A DNA stretch of 64,000 nt from a virus. A model generated the notes under the pieces. It saw nothing but the letters and a program-made list of their open reading frames with translations, was not told where the DNA came from and made no database searches. The stretch covers positions 1 through 64,000 of the IMG/VR virus record IMGVR_UViG_3300025018_000111. One strand, written 5' to 3'. Positions 47,145 through 57,640 of this stretch are shown piece by piece. Numbering within the stretch: the first letter of the stretch is position 1; each line of letters starts with the position of its first letter. The translations under genes were made by a program, and so were the position numbers.

Positions 47145-47678
47145 ATGCCTACTACAAAACCATTCGCCGCAATTGACCAAAACGATGTTGTCAATTTGTT
47201 CGGCTATAACGGAACAGCCAATCGTGGAACATTCGTAAAGATTGCAACCGGTTGGACAACCGAAGACGACAAGGTTGCCTTTTTAGGAAACCTTGGAGAC
47301 GACTTCACGAACGTAGTTTCTGAAGATTACGGAGTTACTGCGCGAGTAACCGCTGCTGGAACTGGAGATAGTGTAATCGGTATGCTTTACTACGATGTAA
47401 AGGAAACTGATGAAAACGGAATGCCGTTGAAATTCAGCCAACGCAAACAGTTCGCTATGAACGCAGTCCGAAGTGGACAAGCCGTACCAATTATCAAAAG
47501 AGGCATGGTCCTTTATAGCGGAATTAACGGAACTCCTACCGCTGGAGCTGCTGCCTATGTTAGTGGAGCTGGTGAAGTTACCACTGAAACTCATACTGGA
47601 GCGGTTCAAGTTGGAACATTTTATGGAGCTAAGAACACCGAGGGTTTTGCTTTGTTGAATGTTAATATTCAATATTAA
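47145..47678 (+). CDS. head decoration-like protein
   Basis: Gly/Ala/Thr-rich, biased codon usage, between scaffold and capsid. Confidence 0.65.
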   Translation: MPTTKPFAAIDQNDVVNLFGYNGTANRGTFVKIATGWTTEDDKVAFLGNLGDDFTNVVSEDYGVTARVTAAGTGDSVIGMLYYDVKETDENGMPLKFSQRKQFAMNAVRSGQAVPIIKRGMVLYSGINGTPTAGAAAYVSGAGEVTTETHTGAVQVGTFYGAKNTEGFALLNVNIQY

Positions 47679-47714
47679 TCGTCAGGTTTAACACATTTTA
47701 AAAAAGATATATAA

Positions 47715-48815
47715 ATGAAAATTAGATTAGAAGGAACAGATAAGCAACTCCAAATCATCCGAAATTTGGGGTCTCGCGATGAGCAAGTTTCCAAGGCTGC
47801 CGCTCGTTCACTGGCTGGATTTATTTCCAACGTAGCACAAGAGTATATTCGTCAGGCGAGTTTGGCGCAATTGCTCTTTGAAGATCTCCCTTATAGCGAT
47901 GAAGAGTATCCAACGATCCCATTGGATCTGTGGCACTCCGAAGGGGAAGATCAAATCGAAGTTTGGTCTCAAACTATGGCTGGTGGTCTTCCGTCCAGCG
48001 AAGTTCGTGGATTCCAAGAAATTCCAGTCATTACTTACAACCTGAGTTCCGCCGCTGATTGTCAAAAAAGCTATCTTCGACGTGGATTGCAAGGATTGAT
48101 GGTCGTTGCTAAAATGATCGAAAGAATGACCCAAACGGTTCTCGTCAAACAAGAAAAGAATGCTTGGGCAGTTGTGACCAAGACTTTGGCTGAAGCACGA
48201 ACAAATGGAGCCGATCATATCATCGCTTCTGAAGCCGAATCCGTTTTCGGAATGAGCGATATTAGCGCCCTTATCACCCTTGGTCAACGAGTGAATAGTT
48301 CGTTTGCCAATGGAACTCCAGCTAACGGGTCCACAGGTCCAACTCACATCTTTGCTTCCCCTGAGATTCAACAACAAATCCGAGGATTCGTTTTCAATCC
48401 AGCCAATAGCACAGGAAATCAAAGCACAGGACCAGTTGCTCTCCCAGAACAATTGAGACAAGGAATCTACAATGCAGCCGGAGCAGTTGACCTGTTCGGT
48501 ATCAAAGTCGTTACCATGAACGAATTGGGAACATCTCGCAAGTACAACACCTTGTTTGATGGATTCGCAGGATCTGCAACTATCGCTCACGGTTCCAGCA
48601 CATTCACCGACGCTGATGACGAAATCGTTATCGGATATGATGCGAATCGCGGTGGTGGTTATCGCCCGATCTTGACAGAAACGGGTGGTGGCAATCTGAT
48701 TGTCCGACCAGACAACCAATACTTCGAGAGAACGGATAAAGTTGGTTACTACACTTCTCAAGACGAAGGACGTGTGTGGGTTGATGGACGCTCCCTGTTT
48801 GGTATCGTTGTGTAA
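47715..48815 (+). CDS. major capsid protein
   Basis: 366 aa, position, strong codon bias, followed by terminator. Confidence 0.8.
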   Translation: MKIRLEGTDKQLQIIRNLGSRDEQVSKAAARSLAGFISNVAQEYIRQASLAQLLFEDLPYSDEEYPTIPLDLWHSEGEDQIEVWSQTMAGGLPSSEVRGFQEIPVITYNLSSAADCQKSYLRRGLQGLMVVAKMIERMTQTVLVKQEKNAWAVVTKTLAEARTNGADHIIASEAESVFGMSDISALITLGQRVNSSFANGTPANGSTGPTHIFASPEIQQQIRGFVFNPANSTGNQSTGPVALPEQLRQGIYNAAGAVDLFGIKVVTMNELGTSRKYNTLFDGFAGSATIAHGSSTFTDADDEIVIGYDANRGGGYRPILTETGGGNLIVRPDNQYFERTDKVGYYTSQDEGRVWVDGRSLFGIVV

Positions 48816-48855
48816 GTTGATTTTTCAACAATCCTAAAAGTTAATATCATCACAG

Positions 48856-48886
48856 AAGACGCTCTTAATTGGGCGTCTTTTTTTTT
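48856..48886 (+). terminator. Rho-independent terminator after capsid gene
   Basis: AAGACGCTC-loop-GGGCGTCTT followed by a T tract. Confidence 0.85.
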
Positions 48887-48938
48887 GTATTTTTATAAAA
48901 ATATCAGTATCATTTCGTGTATGTAACTTTGAATTCTT

Positions 48939-49292
48939 ATGAAAAAAACAAAGTTAAAAGCAAACGGAAAAGGTTCTTCGGACAGGGTTTTTACAACATT
49001 GGACCAAATTTGGGGAGAAAACACGAATGGAAAATATAAAACCTCAGATCCCGTTGAATACGAAAAAACATTGGATGGTATGAACAAGATGGAACTTTGG
49101 GAACATGCAGTGTCAGTTGGTGAATCCCCAGTAGATAATAAAGACCTTCTCAAAAAAAAATTAACAACTAAATTTCAACGTCACAACAGTCTTAACAAAC
49201 CGTTGAATGTAAATAAAGAGGATCTTGCTAAAAAGAATAATGTAAAGTCTTATAGTCCAGAGTTTCTTAAAATTTTGAAAGAAGGTAAATAA
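48939..49292 (+). CDS. hypothetical late protein
   Basis: ORF after GTGTA motif. Confidence 0.7.
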   Translation: MKKTKLKANGKGSSDRVFTTLDQIWGENTNGKYKTSDPVEYEKTLDGMNKMELWEHAVSVGESPVDNKDLLKKKLTTKFQRHNSLNKPLNVNKEDLAKKNNVKSYSPEFLKILKEGK

Positions 49293-49657
49293 TGCCAATT
49301 GAAGATTATGATATATCCTCTCCTTTGAGAAGCGGTGATTTCGCCGTCATTCAAGGATCGACTACTTCTGGATATTTTATTAGCTCGGTGGATGGAAATG
49401 TTTTGAATCTCAGCGGCTATTCTGCAAGAGGAAAGATTAAATTTAAGTTCTCAGACACAGGATCTCTTTTAGATTTGCAGGTAGCTGTAGATAGCGGGGA
49501 TTCAAGTTTGGGGAAGGTTGATTTGTTGATAGATCATGAGGAATCGGCAATTCTTCCTATTGGGATTTTCCCTTATGATATAGAGGTATATAATAATAGT
49601 TTCGTCCACAGAATATCGTCGGGCAAAGTAACAGTGGTTCCAGAGGTGACCGCCTAA
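49292..49657 (+). CDS. structural protein (BppU-N-like pattern)
   Basis: IQGST, NLSGYSARG, YDIEV, G.VTV.PEVT. Confidence 0.65.
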   Translation: MPIEDYDISSPLRSGDFAVIQGSTTSGYFISSVDGNVLNLSGYSARGKIKFKFSDTGSLLDLQVAVDSGDSSLGKVDLLIDHEESAILPIGIFPYDIEVYNNSFVHRISSGKVTVVPEVTA

Positions 49658-49676
49658 TATAGTGTATTTAACAGAG

Positions 49677-50180
49677 ATGACATTCTCCTTTTCTGACATA
49701 GCAGACGAAATTTTACAAGAACTAGGAAGTCCTTCCGATATTTCATTAAGCGTCATTGCTTATTGGCTTAGGAATAATGTCGGCAAACTGAATAACCTAT
49801 TGAACTGTGAATTTGAGGTTAGCGAAACAACTTTAGAACTTACTGCATCTTTGGATATCCAACAAAAGGATATATTTAAGAAGATGTATATGGTTTATTA
49901 TTATCAAAGAAAAATCTCATCCAATTCTACGGCAATGGGTTATGACAGTATTATTCAATTAGATAGAAACGGGAACAAGGTGAGATTCGCTAACGCGAAC
50001 GAGGTGTCCAAATTGTATCGAGATTTAAAAAGAGATGAAGAAAGCGGTTTGAAAAGTTTGATAAATGATTACAAAAGGAATCGAACCAAACCTATTCAAG
50101 TTTCTGGAGATGATGTATTTGAATACAACGGGACAATTTCAAACGATACTATAAGATCAATATACGGAGGTTCAGATTGA
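49677..50180 (+). CDS. putative head-tail adaptor
   Basis: Position and size only. Confidence 0.5.
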   Translation: MTFSFSDIADEILQELGSPSDISLSVIAYWLRNNVGKLNNLLNCEFEVSETTLELTASLDIQQKDIFKKMYMVYYYQRKISSNSTAMGYDSIIQLDRNGNKVRFANANEVSKLYRDLKRDEESGLKSLINDYKRNRTKPIQVSGDDVFEYNGTISNDTIRSIYGGSD

Positions 50181-50638
50181 GTGCTTTAGTATCCAGTTCA
50201 TTGAAAACTCGAATCCAAACTAAGATGGACGAATTGTTTGATACATTCGTTGATCCAGAACAAGGTGGTGAGGAAATTACTGTCAACAAACAACCTAAAA
50301 GGATCTCGTCTTTAATTTCATCTAAAAATTATGCTGGATATGGTCCGTCTTCAAACCTACAGAATTATACATTTCTGCCAGTTTCAGAAACATTTCCCGC
50401 TATTGTAACTTATCAGCAAGATCAAAAATTTGAAACCTTAGATGAAGTTGGATTGAAACTAGAAGACGGAGAATGTTTGATCGAGGTGAAATCAGACTGT
50501 AGAGACTATATTGAAAATGGAGTATTGACAGAGAATATCGTTATAGATTCTAGGACTTTCAATATTATTTCAGAGGCAGTAGAGGATAAGTTTTTTGGGT
50601 CTCTTAGATATATTTACAGGCTCAAGGAGGTTAAGTAA
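50177..50638 (+). CDS. putative head-closure protein
   Basis: Position and beta-rich C-terminus. Confidence 0.5.
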   Translation: MSALVSSSLKTRIQTKMDELFDTFVDPEQGGEEITVNKQPKRISSLISSKNYAGYGPSSNLQNYTFLPVSETFPAIVTYQQDQKFETLDEVGLKLEDGECLIEVKSDCRDYIENGVLTENIVIDSRTFNIISEAVEDKFFGSLRYIYRLKEVK

Positions 50639-51267
50639 TGAGCAAGGTGACCGTAGGATTAAATGCCGACATATTCAGGAAGAGTATGATGACAACTCTT
50701 CCTCAGTTGAGAGCCTTAGGAGCTGCGAATATCCAAAGAAAATTTGATGCAGGAGTAAATGATTCTATCAAAACATTAGATTCCCACTCTGTTACTCAAG
50801 AATTGATAGAATCAGCCTCAAATCCTCAAGGAGCAAACTCCAGACTCATAGAGGGGTCCAGCATCTATGCGAACCTTTTTAACGTATTGGGATTTAATCG
50901 CAGAGAAGATCCAGTGTCTAGCTTGAGGGAATTTTTAAGATTAGAGGCTTTCTATTTTGATAAAACCAAAGTCTCTGCTGCATCATTAGGAAACTCGAAG
51001 GTCATATTAGACTATTTTATTTCATTCTCAGATTTAAAAGATACGGACAATTATGAGCAATTCTTATTAGAATGGAATGGTAAGTCGTGGTTGAGATTGA
51101 TAGAGGAGGGAGTGAATAACGTAGAATTTTTCCTCCAAAAAGATAATTACGGGAGAAGCCAAGGAGGGATTCAACTTCCTCATAAGGTAAACGAAATGGC
51201 TAAATTCATTCCTGAGAAATATTACTCTCTAATGATTGAAGCGTTTTTGAGAAGGTTTAAGTTATGA
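50638..51267 (+). CDS. putative neck/tail-completion protein
   Basis: Position; W...IEEG...GRSQGGIQ. Confidence 0.5.
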   Translation: MSKVTVGLNADIFRKSMMTTLPQLRALGAANIQRKFDAGVNDSIKTLDSHSVTQELIESASNPQGANSRLIEGSSIYANLFNVLGFNRREDPVSSLREFLRLEAFYFDKTKVSAASLGNSKVILDYFISFSDLKDTDNYEQFLLEWNGKSWLRLIEEGVNNVEFFLQKDNYGRSQGGIQLPHKVNEMAKFIPEKYYSLMIEAFLRRFKL

Positions 51268-52130
51268 TGCAACCGCAATTCAGTAATAAATTAAACAGCA
51301 GTCTTTATCTTTTCATAGACCACGAGTTATTGAACAGTGGAGAAGCATATTCCACGATATCTTCTCTATTCTATGATCAAACAAGTTCTCAAGATAGAAA
51401 CTTTGGACTTTTCACTTATTCTTCTCCATACCAAGGATTTGTTTACGACTCAAGCATCACTGGAGCCTCTGTTCCAACAGGATTGTATGTAGGAGGCGTT
51501 TTCACGCCCATAGGGGGCGGAGGACTAGAGGCAATCAACTATGAACGTGGAGAGTGTTATTTCTCATCGGCTCCGGCGGGAGAAGTTAGCGGGGATTTCT
51601 CTACTAAAGATTTTAATCTTGAATTGACATCTCTTCCTGAAATGACCTTATTGTTTGAGACCAAATACGAAATAACCCCAAGAACAACTCAAACACTATC
51701 TTACAATGATCCAGATTCTAGGACGATGCCTATTATTTTCATTAAACCTAGAAAAAGCTATAATGAAGAAGTGGCTATGGGAGGATTTGAGGAAAGTATG
51801 GATGTTTATAGGCTTTTCGTTTTTACAGACAATCAATTCCATTTAGATGCAACTTGTTCGATTTTGAGAGACAGTGTAAGGAAGCATTTCGGTCACTTTG
51901 AATTATCAGAAATGCCTTTCAATAGCTTAGGAGGACTAAACGATAACTCTTTCAACTACGACTCAGTTGTTGCGACAAAAAATGGGCAGGATATAAGCAG
52001 AATTGAAAAAGTAGAGGTGATCCACAATTCTCAAGAATTGTTTAGGAGAAATTCGGATAAAATCAATTACCAAATTTTCACAGCGATAGTTGATCTAACT
52101 GTTTCATCGTTCAGACACCCACGTTTATAA
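51264..52130 (+). CDS. putative tail terminator-like protein
   Basis: Position before tail-tube-like genes. Confidence 0.5.
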   Translation: MMQPQFSNKLNSSLYLFIDHELLNSGEAYSTISSLFYDQTSSQDRNFGLFTYSSPYQGFVYDSSITGASVPTGLYVGGVFTPIGGGGLEAINYERGECYFSSAPAGEVSGDFSTKDFNLELTSLPEMTLLFETKYEITPRTTQTLSYNDPDSRTMPIIFIKPRKSYNEEVAMGGFEESMDVYRLFVFTDNQFHLDATCSILRDSVRKHFGHFELSEMPFNSLGGLNDNSFNYDSVVATKNGQDISRIEKVEVIHNSQELFRRNSDKINYQIFTAIVDLTVSSFRHPRL

Positions 52131-52131
52131 A

Positions 52132-53781
52132 ATGAGAAGGAGAATCCATTATCCAAATGATAGCGTTTACATTGGTCCAAGTCCTGCCAGTGGATATCAT
52201 TTTAGTGTTAATGGGACAGGTGTTTCTACAGAAGATTTAGCCACGGTCCAGTCTGAGCTAAACAATTCGTCCTTAGATAAATCTGATATTACTAATCTTG
52301 TATCGCAAGTCTTTGGAGTACAATCTTATTATTATCAGATCAGAGAGAATGTTATTCCGGTCGGTGGATATGGAACAATGGGTCCACTTGGATATTTAAA
52401 AGCGGCTCCATCTCAGATTGAGTTCGGATTTGATTATATAATAAACAGCTTCCAAAATGAATATAACTTCGGGTTCAAATGTTCTGGAGAGAACAATATC
52501 TTGTCAAGCCTGATAGATTATTCCGAAGATTCTCACAACTTTTTTATCAAAACAGTAAAAGAAGGATATGACTCTATAGATTATACCGATAATGAAGATA
52601 CATCTATCATATCTTTCAGTAATTGTCAGATAAACTCGTATTCATTTGCCTATAATGTTAATTCCCTTCCCGTTGCTAGAGCATCATTCGTTTCGGACAA
52701 TATACAAGTAAACATTGACTCCTTGACTGGGATACAATCCCCATATATCGATAAAACCACTAATCAAAAATCTGATTATTACTTTTCTATTCCAACGGGG
52801 AGAAGTTTTCCAGATGAAACTGGGAACGATAAAGTATCTGTTCTGAGGAATGGGGATGTATCTATAGATGTTTATGAAAAATTATACCAAGGAAGGAGAA
52901 TAGGTCTTTTAAATATAAACGACACCCCATCTTTTCTTGGTCAAAAAATCCAAAGTGCGACAATCCAATCTTTCGACTGTAATCTCAATATTTTCAGAGA
53001 CGAAACTCCTGCTTTAGGATCTAAGATACTCAAGAGCAGATCAATTGTTAGTCCATTATATGCCGAATTATCCGTTTCGGCAATATGTAATGATTACAAT
53101 ACAGGATCTTTCATAGATTCATTAGAGGAAAATCGTGTTTACAAAATAGACCTATCTGTTAAGAAGCCGTCCTGTTATCCAGAGTCTAGGGAAGATTTCG
53201 TAAGATACTATTTCAATGATTGTTATTTGCAGGAAAAGTCTTATTCTCTCGGTATCGGATCTAACAAAACCGTAGATTATAAATTCGTCGCTCCCATTTA
53301 CTCCGAAGATAATGATAATTACGGGATGAAGATTAGCGGGTATTATAATCCTACTAAACAAACACTATCTTCAACGGGAATTCAAGAAGAAATTCAAAAT
53401 ACTTCTTTTACAGGGTTGGCGTCAGACGATTTCGAGACTTATTCACTTGGATATTTTAGTACGGGAGATGTTTATTCCTCCTTGAATGACGGACAAGGGT
53501 TTTATAGAGGCTGGAATATTTACAAGCATTTGTCGGGAGAACAAGTTTGGTTTGATGCGTCTGAATACGACGTTCAAGAAATTGCCGCTGAAACAATCTC
53601 TATATCAAGAGGATATGATACAAGTTTAACATTTTTACCATCTCAATTTGGGATGCAAGGGAACGAGACTTTCTCTAGTTACTCTCCTTTCAGTGGATAC
53701 GGGGTGACTGGAAATCTTGTCGCAGGAACATTGTGGACAGGGACTTGGGGATTTTTAGATACTCCTAGCGGGAGTTATTGA
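52132..53781 (+). CDS. tail-tube-like paralogue with C-terminal extension
   Basis: SVYIGPSPASG, ISFSNCQINSYS, YSLGIGSNKTV shared with 56000. Confidence 0.65.
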   Translation: MRRRIHYPNDSVYIGPSPASGYHFSVNGTGVSTEDLATVQSELNNSSLDKSDITNLVSQVFGVQSYYYQIRENVIPVGGYGTMGPLGYLKAAPSQIEFGFDYIINSFQNEYNFGFKCSGENNILSSLIDYSEDSHNFFIKTVKEGYDSIDYTDNEDTSIISFSNCQINSYSFAYNVNSLPVARASFVSDNIQVNIDSLTGIQSPYIDKTTNQKSDYYFSIPTGRSFPDETGNDKVSVLRNGDVSIDVYEKLYQGRRIGLLNINDTPSFLGQKIQSATIQSFDCNLNIFRDETPALGSKILKSRSIVSPLYAELSVSAICNDYNTGSFIDSLEENRVYKIDLSVKKPSCYPESREDFVRYYFNDCYLQEKSYSLGIGSNKTVDYKFVAPIYSEDNDNYGMKISGYYNPTKQTLSSTGIQEEIQNTSFTGLASDDFETYSLGYFSTGDVYSSLNDGQGFYRGWNIYKHLSGEQVWFDASEYDVQEIAAETISISRGYDTSLTFLPSQFGMQGNETFSSYSPFSGYGVTGNLVAGTLWTGTWGFLDTPSGSY

Positions 53782-53783
53782 TC

Positions 53784-54485
53784 ATGAGCGTATCTATACA
53801 AGAAATAATAATCGGTTCAGAATCTGACTGGAGTTTATGTTTAGAGAACTCTTCCGCAGTCATAGGAATGCCCCTAGAAGATACGTCGTGGACTAAGATG
53901 AGGATAGGAATGTCTTTATCTATATATAGTCCATCTCATGCCACGATAAGTTCATCTCCAAAATTAGCGGTTGGTCTTGGAAACAACATGGAAATGAGTA
54001 TGTACGGAGCAGATACGGTTCAAAACTGGATAGGACTTGTTTGCACTCCAGTCTCATTCGTGTGGAACGCTACTTATAATCATTACGATGCTTCTTCGAC
54101 TAATGGTAATTTAAAAAAGGTGGTGAACTCTGTAGAATCTAGCGCAAGCAGTATATTAAACAACTGGGACATTGGATCTACTACCAATCCAGCAGATGCA
54201 AATGACATAAGGACGGGGATATTTATAGATATAGAAAAATCTGGAACTACATACACTTTCAGAGTTTTTACTAAAACGTCTTCAGTGAGCACCGATCTTT
54301 CTAATTCCGACTTTAATGACCTGATGGAATTTCCATATCAGTTATGCGTTAAATCTGGATATTCTTATTATACTGCCAGAAGTACTACTCTGGACGAAAG
54401 TGTATATCCATTAAATAGTTTGTCTATATATTGGAATAAACAGGAAACCTTAGCCATTCATAGATTGGCGTATTCGTTTTTGTAA
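53784..54485 (+). CDS. virion protein, paralogue 1 of 3
   Basis: W.K.RIG, GIFIDIEK, FRVF, LDE..Y.L..L...WNK. Confidence 0.7.
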   Translation: MSVSIQEIIIGSESDWSLCLENSSAVIGMPLEDTSWTKMRIGMSLSIYSPSHATISSSPKLAVGLGNNMEMSMYGADTVQNWIGLVCTPVSFVWNATYNHYDASSTNGNLKKVVNSVESSASSILNNWDIGSTTNPADANDIRTGIFIDIEKSGTTYTFRVFTKTSSVSTDLSNSDFNDLMEFPYQLCVKSGYSYYTARSTTLDESVYPLNSLSIYWNKQETLAIHRLAYSFL

Positions 54486-54489
54486 CATC

Positions 54490-55176
54490 ATGGAAATCGA
54501 ACAACGATCAATTGTATCCCCTAGTGTCTCTGACATTGTAATGAGCTTGGACAATGAGCAAGCTACTAGAGAGATGGATATTGATACGAATTGGAATACC
54601 ATCAGAATAGGAGCAAGAGTCCACATTTATTATAAGTTTGGATCTAATTTAAATATTCTTCATGATCCCAAATTTTTCATGGGAGTAAGTTCTAGTTCGG
54701 GAGTTTGGGATAATAGCGCACATTTTGTAGGATTATCTTATATTGCAGCAGATTTGCCATATGACTCTGGTTCAAATTCTTACAAAGACAAAACATCTGG
54801 AAGCGAAATGTATTTTAATGTTGTAGAATCTGGGCAGCAAGTATCTAGCGAAACAGCAGGTCAGGGATATTATTTTGGAGCCGGTCTAGAAAAAAGATTA
54901 GGATTGTTCCTTGAGATACAAAAAAATTTGCCATATGATTTTAGATTTTTTCGAGCATCATCTGGATCTGCTACTGATATTTCGGATTCAGAATTCAATT
55001 CAGTTATGGAGGCGGAATTTGAGTCGGCATCATTGTCTAATTATAGTTACGGGGATTCCAGATCCTACAATGTAAATGAAGCGACGCATGGAGATTTAGA
55101 TCATTTGTGCTTTGCTTGGAATAAAAGTTTTATGAGCGTTGAATTTTCCAAAATAGCATATTACAAAATAGATTGA
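54490..55176 (+). CDS. virion protein, paralogue 2 of 3
   Basis: WNTIRIG, GLFLEIQK, FRFF, NE...G.L....AWNK. Confidence 0.7.
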   Translation: MEIEQRSIVSPSVSDIVMSLDNEQATREMDIDTNWNTIRIGARVHIYYKFGSNLNILHDPKFFMGVSSSSGVWDNSAHFVGLSYIAADLPYDSGSNSYKDKTSGSEMYFNVVESGQQVSSETAGQGYYFGAGLEKRLGLFLEIQKNLPYDFRFFRASSGSATDISDSEFNSVMEAEFESASLSNYSYGDSRSYNVNEATHGDLDHLCFAWNKSFMSVEFSKIAYYKID

Positions 55177-55225
55177 TCATCGGTTGCCCGATATCAATGA
55201 CGAGGTTTCCTTTCACAAAAAAAAT

Positions 55226-55951
55226 ATGACAAAAGAGATCGTACAAAGAACCATACTGTCTGTGGATACTAAACTATTGTCTATAGCTTCTGGAGCCATT
55301 TCTATACCAATAGAGGGGGAGTGGAATAGTATAACGTTGGGGATATTGGGAGGATTATACTCTGATTCTCCTCAAAATTTAGCTTATGTTGGATCTTTAT
55401 TTAAAATGGGATTATTTGATTCTGAGGATAGTATAAATTCCGACAATTCGTTATCGTCCCATTTTGTAGGCATGGAATTAGAAGGAGCTATTGATTACGA
55501 TGCAACATACGATTATTACAAAAATTCAGCATCTGGTTCGCAAGAAATGAAAATGAGGATTCTCCAAAGCGGATCATCTGTTTACTATCAAGATTTTGGG
55601 TTGGGCAACTATTTTGGATCTATCCCAAACAAAAAATTAGCTCTTTTCTTGCAGATTAAAAAAGGTGCCAGCTTCTACAGTTTTAGATTCTTCAGATCCA
55701 ATCTTTCTTCAACTCCATCCACTAATTTTGAGGATTTTTTAATAAATATGCAGGCTAACTTCCCAGTTAGTATATCGGGCGGGATGTATGATACTCCTTT
55801 GAACGATTCTTATGGATACTCCTATGGAGATTCACTAGGAAGCGCAGTAGACGAAAGTACTTACGGAGCATTAAATACTTTCGGAGTTCTTTGGGCCAAA
55901 AGCGAGCCGAGACTAGAAATAGAAAAAATGTCTTACTGCATTATTGATTAA
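55226..55951 (+). CDS. virion protein, paralogue 3 of 3
   Basis: WNSITLG, ALFLQIKK, FRFF, DE..YG.L....LWAK. Confidence 0.7.
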   Translation: MTKEIVQRTILSVDTKLLSIASGAISIPIEGEWNSITLGILGGLYSDSPQNLAYVGSLFKMGLFDSEDSINSDNSLSSHFVGMELEGAIDYDATYDYYKNSASGSQEMKMRILQSGSSVYYQDFGLGNYFGSIPNKKLALFLQIKKGASFYSFRFFRSNLSSTPSTNFEDFLINMQANFPVSISGGMYDTPLNDSYGYSYGDSLGSAVDESTYGALNTFGVLWAKSEPRLEIEKMSYCIID

Positions 55952-55999
55952 TAGTGTATTAAATTAAGAGAAACCTAATAAAACCTTTCAGAACATATT

Positions 56000-57199
56000 A
56001 TGTCAGTAACAAGAAATAGACGATTTTTCCAAGGTGATAATTTATACGTCGGACCTACTCCTAGCACCGGCAATTTTTTCACCGATATTGATGGAAACAA
56101 AATCAACGATGCTACAGGTAATAACCTGATCGAACAACTTTACAGGGTCCAAAGCTACAGCTACGACTTTAACAGTCCTAAAGAAATGGTCGGCCAGTTC
56201 GGAGAATTGGAAGAAATCGACCAAGTGACACTGACCACGCCAACGGTCAATTTGAATTTCAATTATCTTCTAGCGAATTTTGAGAATGAAAGACGATTGG
56301 GATTCACAATAGATGGATCTACAACATGCGTCAAAAATATTCTTGATAAAACTCAAGACGACAAATGCTATTTCATCCGATCAGCTCCACAAGGAATTGA
56401 TGGAGTAGGTGATACCACGAGTGACAGTACAGTTTCCATCCTTGGATTTGGGAATGGATATATCACATCTTATTCCACAGAAGGAAGCGTTGGGTCTATG
56501 CCGACCGTGAGCGTTTCCGTTGAAGGATTGAACGCTGTTTTCTCAGAGATGGGAACTAGTGGATATTCCCCTTCTATCAACACTGATTCAGGATTGAGAT
56601 TGACTGATACGATCTTTAATCTCCCTACCGCAACAACAAACGCAACCGGAACTGGGGATACGAGAACTATCAGTGTATTGAGACCTCAAGATATTACGGT
56701 CACAATTACTCAGGCGGATTCTCCTTTGAATTCTCTCCCTACTGGAGCCAAATCTACTTATTCCACAATGGGGGCAAATCTGGCTACTGCTAGGGTTCAA
56801 AGCTACTCTCTTGGATTTGATTTGTCCAGAACGGCAATCGAAGGTCTCGGATCTCGTTATGCTTTCGATAGAGAAGTTACTTATCCATCCACAGTCACAT
56901 TTACAATTGATGCGTTGGCCGGAGATTTGAATACAGGATCTTGGAACGATCTTGTTGAATGCACAAAGGTTTATGATGTTCAGGTTGATTTGAAAGATCC
57001 TTCTTGCGATCCTTCTACTCGCGAAGTTGTTGCTCAATACAAATTGAAAAACACAAGAATGATCTCCTACTCTTCCTCTATGGGAATCGGAGACAACCAA
57101 ACTGTTAATATGCAATTCCAATCTAGCTTGGCAGGACATAAAACAAGCGGTTCTACTACTAGCAAGGGATTATACATGAGCGGGATTGTAGAGGCTTAA
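56000..57199 (+). CDS. major tail tube protein (putative)
   Basis: Ser/Thr-rich, capsid-like codon bias, own GTGTA motif, RVQS.SY and LG......R motifs. Confidence 0.65.
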   Translation: MSVTRNRRFFQGDNLYVGPTPSTGNFFTDIDGNKINDATGNNLIEQLYRVQSYSYDFNSPKEMVGQFGELEEIDQVTLTTPTVNLNFNYLLANFENERRLGFTIDGSTTCVKNILDKTQDDKCYFIRSAPQGIDGVGDTTSDSTVSILGFGNGYITSYSTEGSVGSMPTVSVSVEGLNAVFSEMGTSGYSPSINTDSGLRLTDTIFNLPTATTNATGTGDTRTISVLRPQDITVTITQADSPLNSLPTGAKSTYSTMGANLATARVQSYSLGFDLSRTAIEGLGSRYAFDREVTYPSTVTFTIDALAGDLNTGSWNDLVECTKVYDVQVDLKDPSCDPSTREVVAQYKLKNTRMISYSSSMGIGDNQTVNMQFQSSLAGHKTSGSTTSKGLYMSGIVEA

Positions 57200-57204
57200 T
57201 CATT

Positions 57205-57618
57205 ATGGCTACTCAAACAATATACGAGAATAATCCGAGTATTCCAATGATCCAAATGGTGACTTGGAATTCTCAGGAACAGAGATATGAAGTATTAGAT
57301 ACTAAAAACCTTGCCGTTGCAAGCGGGGGCGGGGTATCAGTAGATTCTTCAGACTTCTTTTCCGTAACAACTAGCTCTGCTGGAACCGGATGGGAAACTT
57401 TGACCGGAATAAGTTGTGACAGTGTATTGATTGATAATGACACTAGTTATCAAATCGAAATCCGCAAGAACACTGGTAATATGGTAGCAAAAACTATCGA
57501 ACCATCTTCGGTTTTCAGAGTTCAAGCCATCACCAATGCTAACGAGATTGACGTTAGAAGGGTTGACCAAAGCACGACTCAACTGTCGATGGTTTGGGAA
57601 TGGGAGAAGTATCAGTAA
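57205..57618 (+). CDS. hypothetical virion protein
   Basis: Co-oriented, beta-rich. Confidence 0.65.
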   Translation: MATQTIYENNPSIPMIQMVTWNSQEQRYEVLDTKNLAVASGGGVSVDSSDFFSVTTSSAGTGWETLTGISCDSVLIDNDTSYQIEIRKNTGNMVAKTIEPSSVFRVQAITNANEIDVRRVDQSTTQLSMVWEWEKYQ

Positions 57619-57640
57619 TTTAGGAATATAATAAAGGAAT

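Noticed and set aside
47808-48761. 317-aa antisense ORF over the capsid gene (also 47283-47672 and 56588-57139)
   Set aside because: Shadow ORFs expected from strong codon bias; no protein-like motifs
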